Positions 59,194 through 64,000 of a DNA stretch of 64,000 nt are shown here, piece after piece; within the stretch, counting starts at the first letter, position 1, and each line of letters begins with the position of its first letter. The notes below the pieces were generated by a model. That model did no database searches. It saw only the letters and a list, made by a program, of their open reading frames with translations, and was not told the origin of the DNA. The stretch comes from Candidatus Sungiibacteriota bacterium (GTDB taxonomy: Bacteria > Patescibacteriota > Minisyncoccia > Sungbacterales > HO2-52-23), in the NCBI GenBank assembly GCA_016206285.1, contig JACQRW010000007.1, forward strand, positions 16,455-80,454, in the 5' to 3' direction. Both the position numbers and the translations under genes were made by a program.

Positions 59194-59320
59194 TTAATTT
59201 TTAATTTCCAGTTTTGAATTTTGAATGAAATTTGAATGACTGAATGAGGACTCGAAGCGCCGTTTCTTAATTCGCTCATTCTTACATTCATTCGAAATTC
59301 AGAATTCAAAATTAGAAATG
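59194..59320. repeat. Inverted heptamer-array element without an ORF
   Basis: ttaattt ttaattt ccagttt tgaattt tgaatga ... cgaaatt cagaatt caaaatt agaaatg. Confidence 0.75.
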
Positions 59321-59324
59321 AACA

Positions 59325-59588
59325 TTACGGGTATATCTGATTTCCTTCTTCGTCAAAAATAAGTATGGCTTGGGTTGGACATGATTGAGCGGCCAGCAAG
59401 ATTGTTTCGGCATCCGCCCCCTTGTCGTTGTAGACTATCGCTTTATTTTCCGAATCAAGCTCAAACACTCCCGGCGCTACTGCAATGCACGACGCGGCCC
59501 CAATACACAAATTCCGATCGACAATAATCTTGCCGATCTTGAGCGTTTTTTTGGGAGGCAGCTGATTGTCTTCTTGTACAGGTTCCAT
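59325..59588 (-). CDS. Ferredoxin (probably [3Fe-4S])
   Basis: CIGAASC...SCP; second Cys of the motif replaced by Ala. Confidence 0.88.
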   Translation of the reverse strand: MEPVQEDNQLPPKKTLKIGKIIVDRNLCIGAASCIAVAPGVFELDSENKAIVYNDKGADAETILLAAQSCPTQAILIFDEEGNQIYP

Positions 59589-59598
59589 CTCTTATACT

Positions 59599-59958
59599 CT
59601 ACACCATTCTTTGAATCGCCTCAAGAGCGGCCAAAGCACACTTCATCCGTGCCGGCATAACAGTAATACCCAGAAGTCCCTCTATATGCATATATGTCAT
59701 CTCTCGTATCTCTTGTTTCGTTTTACCTTGTATATCCTCAAATAGAAGTGATGCCGCAGCCCGGCTGATCACGCATCCTTCATGCTCAAAACATACCCCC
59801 GCAATCTGCTCACCGATAAAACGCATACGTACCGTAATCACGTCTCCGCACAAGGGATTTGAGTACCGTTGCTCCGCGCTAAACTCCGGCCATAGCCCGT
59901 AGTTGCGGGGGCGATAGTAATGCGACATGATTTTTTCGGAGTAAAGAGAATCGGACAT
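59599..59958 (-). CDS. sufU: SufU/IscU scaffold
   Basis: NPLCGD, GCVISRAAAS, RMKCA. Confidence 0.88.
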   Translation of the reverse strand: MSDSLYSEKIMSHYYRPRNYGLWPEFSAEQRYSNPLCGDVITVRMRFIGEQIAGVCFEHEGCVISRAAASLLFEDIQGKTKQEIREMTYMHIEGLLGITVMPARMKCALAALEAIQRMV

Positions 59959-60049
59959 AAATTAAACGCGCGAGTTGATAGATAGATAAACTTGTGCTAC
60001 TCATTTATTATTATAGGGTTCGATCATTCACACAGAAAGGAACAAGAAC

Positions 60050-60469
60050 ATGCGTGACTATATAAAGCGATTTGGCTACTCTCCGGTAGAAAGGGCAATC
60101 GCCCGCATTATTATGGCTACAGAAATTTACCGGGATTGCCGCGATCTACGAGCGCGCGCAGAAAAGATAAGGAAATTTCAACATGATCCTGATAGATTTT
60201 CAACTGTTGCCGATAGTATAGCGCGAATAAGAGAACAATACGATAAGATATTTGCGCTTGTGGGCACCCCGGACGAATGGGGAAACTCGTGCAAAAATCC
60301 CCAAGCCGTTATTGCAGAGGCGATCATTGCAGTCGTAGAGACATATGGAAGCGCATATGGTGATCTTCTTTTCAGGATCAGAGATGCGAAATCTCTTGTC
60401 AATCTATGTACGCATGGTCTCACAGATCAACAACGTAAAATTTTTGCCGACTGGCACAATTATTTATAA
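60050..60469 (+). CDS. Hypothetical protein inserted antisense within the suf run
   Basis: AAAGGA RBS; own hairpin ccccaata..tattgggg (about 60473-60495). Confidence 0.65.
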   Translation: MRDYIKRFGYSPVERAIARIIMATEIYRDCRDLRARAEKIRKFQHDPDRFSTVADSIARIREQYDKIFALVGTPDEWGNSCKNPQAVIAEAIIAVVETYGSAYGDLLFRIRDAKSLVNLCTHGLTDQQRKIFADWHNYL

Positions 60470-60511
60470 CACCCCCAATATATTATGTATTGGGGAATTT
60501 TATTTCTCCTA

Positions 60512-60549
60512 CCACTAAAGTAATATCCGATCGGTCATTACTGTAGTGG
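60512..60549. repeat. 38-bp palindrome centred on CGATCG
   Basis: ccacta-a-agtaat-at-ccga|tcgg-tc-attact-g-tagtgg. Confidence 0.8.
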
Positions 60550-60579
60550 CAATATGCGCGGGCTTTTGGAAATTCATGG

Positions 60580-61803
60580 CTATCTGATCGCTAACAGAGC
60601 CGAAGCCTTTTCAATCCCCTCTGTCAGACGCTCAACATCTTCTTTCGTATTATACACCCAAAAACTTGCGCGCGAAGTTGCCGGTACGCCAAGGTGCCGC
60701 ATGAGCGGCTGCGCGCAGTGGTGGCCGGCGCGGATGCAGATGTTATCGCGATCGAGGATCGTAGCAAGATCGTGCGGATGAATACCTTTGAGCATAAAAC
60801 TTGCCACGCCGCCACGGTCTTTCGCATCAGACGGACCAAATATTTTCATGCCCTTTATGCCGCCGAGTCGGGAAAATAATTCGGTTGTCAATTCCTCGTC
60901 GATTTTTCTGATCTCGTCAAATCCAATTTTTTGAATATATGTGATTGCTGCAGCAAGCCCGACTGCCCCGCTCACATTCGGCGTACCCGCTTCAAACTTT
61001 GCCGGCAATAAGGCAAATTCCGTATGTTCAAAAGAGACCTCGTTAATCATGCCCCCGCCGCGCAAAAACGGCGGCATATCTGCCAGTAATTCTTCACGGC
61101 CATACAGTACGCCAATACCGGTCGGCCCTCCCATTTTATGTCCGGAAAATACCAGAAAGTCACAGCCGATGTCTTGCACGTCTGTCGCCAGATGGCCGAT
61201 GCTTTGAGCAGCATCCACCAAAAATAAAATATTGCGCTCGCGAAAAAGTTTTCCCATCTCCGCAACCGGATTGATCGTACCCAGCACGTGCGATACATGC
61301 GAAAACGCCGCAAGTTTCGTCCGTGGATGCAGCATGTTAAACACCGAGTGTTTAACATCGATCAGCCCGTCCTTATCTGCATCAACGACATCCAGTACTA
61401 TTCCTTTTTCTTCCGCCAGCATCTGCCACGGCAGCATATTGGAGTGATGCTCCGCACGAGAAATCAAAACATGATCGCCTTCAACGAGTATGCTCTTCCC
61501 AAGCGCGTACGCAACCAGATTAATACCTTCGGTCGTGTTGCGCGTAAAAATAATCTCATTCACCGACCGGGCATTTATAAATGCCCGCACCGTTTCCCGC
61601 GCAGCCTCGTATTTTTCCGTTGCCAATTCCGACAGCGCATAAATTCCCCGGTGCACATTTGCATGCGCTTCCTCATCATGTTGCCGAACCGCATCAATCG
61701 CCTGCTGCGGCATCTGGGCCATAGCCGCAGAATCCAAATAGACCAAGGACTTGTCCTGTTTTTTGTAACGGTTAAAGATGGGAAAATCACTTTTATAGTT
61801 CAT
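60580..61803 (-). CDS. sufS: Cysteine desulfurase SufS
   Basis: YLDSAA, NVHRG, EHHSN, FSGHKM, RAGHHCAQP. Confidence 0.95.
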   Translation of the reverse strand: MNYKSDFPIFNRYKKQDKSLVYLDSAAMAQMPQQAIDAVRQHDEEAHANVHRGIYALSELATEKYEAARETVRAFINARSVNEIIFTRNTTEGINLVAYALGKSILVEGDHVLISRAEHHSNMLPWQMLAEEKGIVLDVVDADKDGLIDVKHSVFNMLHPRTKLAAFSHVSHVLGTINPVAEMGKLFRERNILFLVDAAQSIGHLATDVQDIGCDFLVFSGHKMGGPTGIGVLYGREELLADMPPFLRGGGMINEVSFEHTEFALLPAKFEAGTPNVSGAVGLAAAITYIQKIGFDEIRKIDEELTTELFSRLGGIKGMKIFGPSDAKDRGGVASFMLKGIHPHDLATILDRDNICIRAGHHCAQPLMRHLGVPATSRASFWVYNTKEDVERLTEGIEKASALLAIR

Positions 61804-61892
61804 GCAAGATCTTGAAAAAAATATGCAGTAGTATATCTTAGACAAAATGTACCTTCAAAAACTGGCTATATAAAAATAAGGAGCTACGTGCA

Positions 61893-62336
61893 ATGGCGAC
61901 TATTATCTACGCTCATCCGATTTTGACCGTGATTATAATTCTTTATATCCCCTTCTTAGTATACTCCCTCTGCCTATATTATCAGCGGTGCATAAAACCG
62001 GAATTGGGTCGATCAACGCCTCTGGGTCTATTTCTTCTTTTCGTAAATGGCGTAACCGCGGTATGTCTTACTCCATGGATTATGGCGCTCAACTCTCTGT
62101 TTTTCAGATTGCCTTATTATATAACCCGCATGGGCGTACAACAAAAGATCGCAAATATCATTGTTCACTCTCCGCTCTTTGCTGTTATTACGTATATCTT
62201 ATGGATCATCATAAACTTTTTAACCGAATACACTCCGATTCAGTTCGAGAGAGCAGCACTATGGACTGTCTCTTTCATCTGCAGCATATGGTTCAATATC
62301 ATCTTTGAGATAATATGGCCACACTACGAAAAATAA
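61893..62336 (+). CDS. Small membrane hypothetical protein inserted antisense within the suf run
   Basis: About four hydrophobic segments; AAGGAG upstream; AT-rich. Confidence 0.65.
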   Translation: MATIIYAHPILTVIIILYIPFLVYSLCLYYQRCIKPELGRSTPLGLFLLFVNGVTAVCLTPWIMALNSLFFRLPYYITRMGVQQKIANIIVHSPLFAVITYILWIIINFLTEYTPIQFERAALWTVSFICSIWFNIIFEIIWPHYEK

Positions 62337-62346
62337 AGGCCACGGT

Positions 62347-62934
62347 TTACGCTATAGAACTTTGAAAAAATTTTCTCCGATCTTCGTCTGCCAAACTCTT
62401 CACCGCATCCCGGAAAAATTCCGCGAGGAGCAAGCGCTTTCCCTCCTCCTCCGCAATACCGCGGCTTTGCAGATAAAACAATTGCCGCTCGTCAATCCTG
62501 CCGATGCTCGTGCCATGCGACGCCTTTACCTCGTCAGTCAAAATTTCAAGATACGGACACACCTCCGCTCGGGCCTTTGGCGAGACCAGCAGCGCTTTTG
62601 CAAGCAGATACGAATCCGCCCCCTTCGCTCCTTCCCGTATATCAAGCATCCCCTTTACCGTCAGCCGCGACTCATCAAACAGCGCGGCTTTTATAATCGC
62701 CCGGCCGTACGTCTCCGGCGCTTCATGTACAATCGCAATATTCATTTCAGTCTCATCCTTATTTCTGCCAATGTAAAGCATCGTTACTTCCGCCCTGCTT
62801 GCCCGTCCCGCCAACCGGATATTCAGATCAACCGTCTTCGGCAAGTCATCAACAAAAAGAAAAACCTTAACAAAAGCTTCCCGATCTTCCGAAAGAACGA
62901 TTTCTTTTTTTAAAATTCTTGATTCATCGTTCAT
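62347..62934 (-). CDS. sufD: SufD-family protein (short form)
   Basis: PYLEI..DEVKASHG...LFYLQSRG. Confidence 0.85.
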   Translation of the reverse strand: MNDESRILKKEIVLSEDREAFVKVFLFVDDLPKTVDLNIRLAGRASRAEVTMLYIGRNKDETEMNIAIVHEAPETYGRAIIKAALFDESRLTVKGMLDIREGAKGADSYLLAKALLVSPKARAEVCPYLEILTDEVKASHGTSIGRIDERQLFYLQSRGIAEEEGKRLLLAEFFRDAVKSLADEDRRKFFQSSIA

Positions 62935-62944
62935 AAGCAGTTCT

Positions 62945-64000
62945 TTACCCCACCGCGCCTTCCATTTCCAGTTTTATCAAGCGATTCATCTCAACTGCAT
63001 AATCAACCGGCAGGTATTTCATGAGCGGCTCGAAGAAGCCGGTTACGATGAGGGAAGATGCCTCCACTTCGGACAGGCCGCGCGAGCGGAGATAAAACAA
63101 TTCTTTCTCGCCGATCTTCGATACTTTTGCCTCATGCTCCACGCGCACGTCCTCTTCATCTATCTTTAAAGTGGGGTAGGTATCGGAGCGGGACTGCGGA
63201 TCAAGAATGAGGGCATCGCACCGCACCGTGATGCGCGAGTTTTTTGCTCCCCGAACCGCACGGCTCAAACCCCGATATGAAGTTCTGCCGCCGCCGAACG
63301 AAACCGATTTTGAAATTACATTTGATCTCGTATCCGGCGCCATATGTATCATCTTTGCTCCGGCATCCTGATGCTGGCCCGGACCTGCCATGGCGATCGA
63401 GAGCGTATCCGCGCTCGCTCCCCTGCCCGAGAGAAAAACAGACGGATACTTCATGGTTACTTTTGATCCAAGGTTGCAATCAATCCATTCCACAAATGCG
63501 CCCTCTTCAGCACGCGCACGCTTGGTCACCAGATTGTATACGTTGTTCGACCAGTTTTGCACGGTCATGTACCGCACCCGGCTGTGCGGCTTTGCAATAA
63601 TCTCCACCACTGCGGCATGCAGCGAATCAGTGGCGTAGACAGGAGCGGTGCATCCCTCCAGATACTGCACCTCGCTTCCCTCGTCCGCGATAATAAGCGT
63701 ACGCTCGAACTGGCCGAAATTTTGCGCATTGATGCGGAAATACGCCTGCAGCGGCATCTCCACCTTCACGCCCGGCGGCACATAAATAAAACTACCGCCC
63801 GACCACGCCGCGGAGTTGAGTGCGGCAAATTTATTATCTCCCATGGGAATCACCGTACCGAAATATTGTTTGACCAGATCGGGATATTCCCGCACCGCCG
63901 TATCCATATCCACGAATATCACTCCCTTGCGCAGCAGGTTTTTGCGCAACGCATGGTAGATCACGTCCGAATCATACTGCGCTGCGGCACCGGCAAAAAA
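62945..64000 (-). CDS. sufB: Fe-S assembly protein SufB (5' end outside the window)
   Basis: [34 protein letters not shown]. Confidence 0.95.
   Translation of the reverse strand, partial: FFAGAAAQYDSDVIYHALRKNLLRKGVIFVDMDTAVREYPDLVKQYFGTVIPMGDNKFAALNSAAWSGGSFIYVPPGVKVEMPLQAYFRINAQNFGQFERTLIIADEGSEVQYLEGCTAPVYATDSLHAAVVEIIAKPHSRVRYMTVQNWSNNVYNLVTKRARAEEGAFVEWIDCNLGSKVTMKYPSVFLSGRGASADTLSIAMAGPGQHQDAGAKMIHMAPDTRSNVISKSVSFGGGRTSYRGLSRAVRGAKNSRITVRCDALILDPQSRSDTYPTLKIDEEDVRVEHEAKVSKIGEKELFYLRSRGLSEVEASSLIVTGFFEPLMKYLPVDYAVEMNRLIKLEMEGAVG

Noticed and set aside
59184-59309. N-terminal extension of SodN in the ORF track
   Set aside because: It is a translation of the heptamer element; the plausible start is the ATG at 59183.

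Overview
Bacterial chromosomal window using code 11. The gene content resembles Patescibacteria/CPR (Parcubacteria): a large PG-binding Ser/Thr-rich surface protein, a four-helix-bundle/wHTH protein, and mostly SD-less or leaderless genes. The taxonomy is inference. Positions 1-43,250 are a ~43-kb surface-glycan locus: Wzt, RmlB, GT2/GT4/GT11/GT39 transferases, SAM methyltransferases, a sugar C-methyltransferase, an AsnB-type amidotransferase, a YerE-like ThDP enzyme, three NUDIX enzymes, and a three-gene split ATP-citrate lyase coupled to an O-acetyltransferase. Next come PKD/LTD, TPR and S-layer-like genes (the last with a long structured leader), galU, nth, two four-helix-bundle genes, and a stress/Fe-S block (clpB, PIG-L deacetylase, HtrA, Nfu, sodX-sodN, ferredoxin, sufU/S/D/B). 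I saw no rRNA, tRNA, CRISPR array or transposase. The most unusual signal is a layer of tiny DNA elements: (i) 16-52 bp palindromes inserted in frame in several CDS, (ii) inverted heptamer arrays around a four-helix-bundle gene plus an apparently empty equivalent, and (iii) four intergenic palindromes centred on CGATCG, three of them exactly 38 bp.
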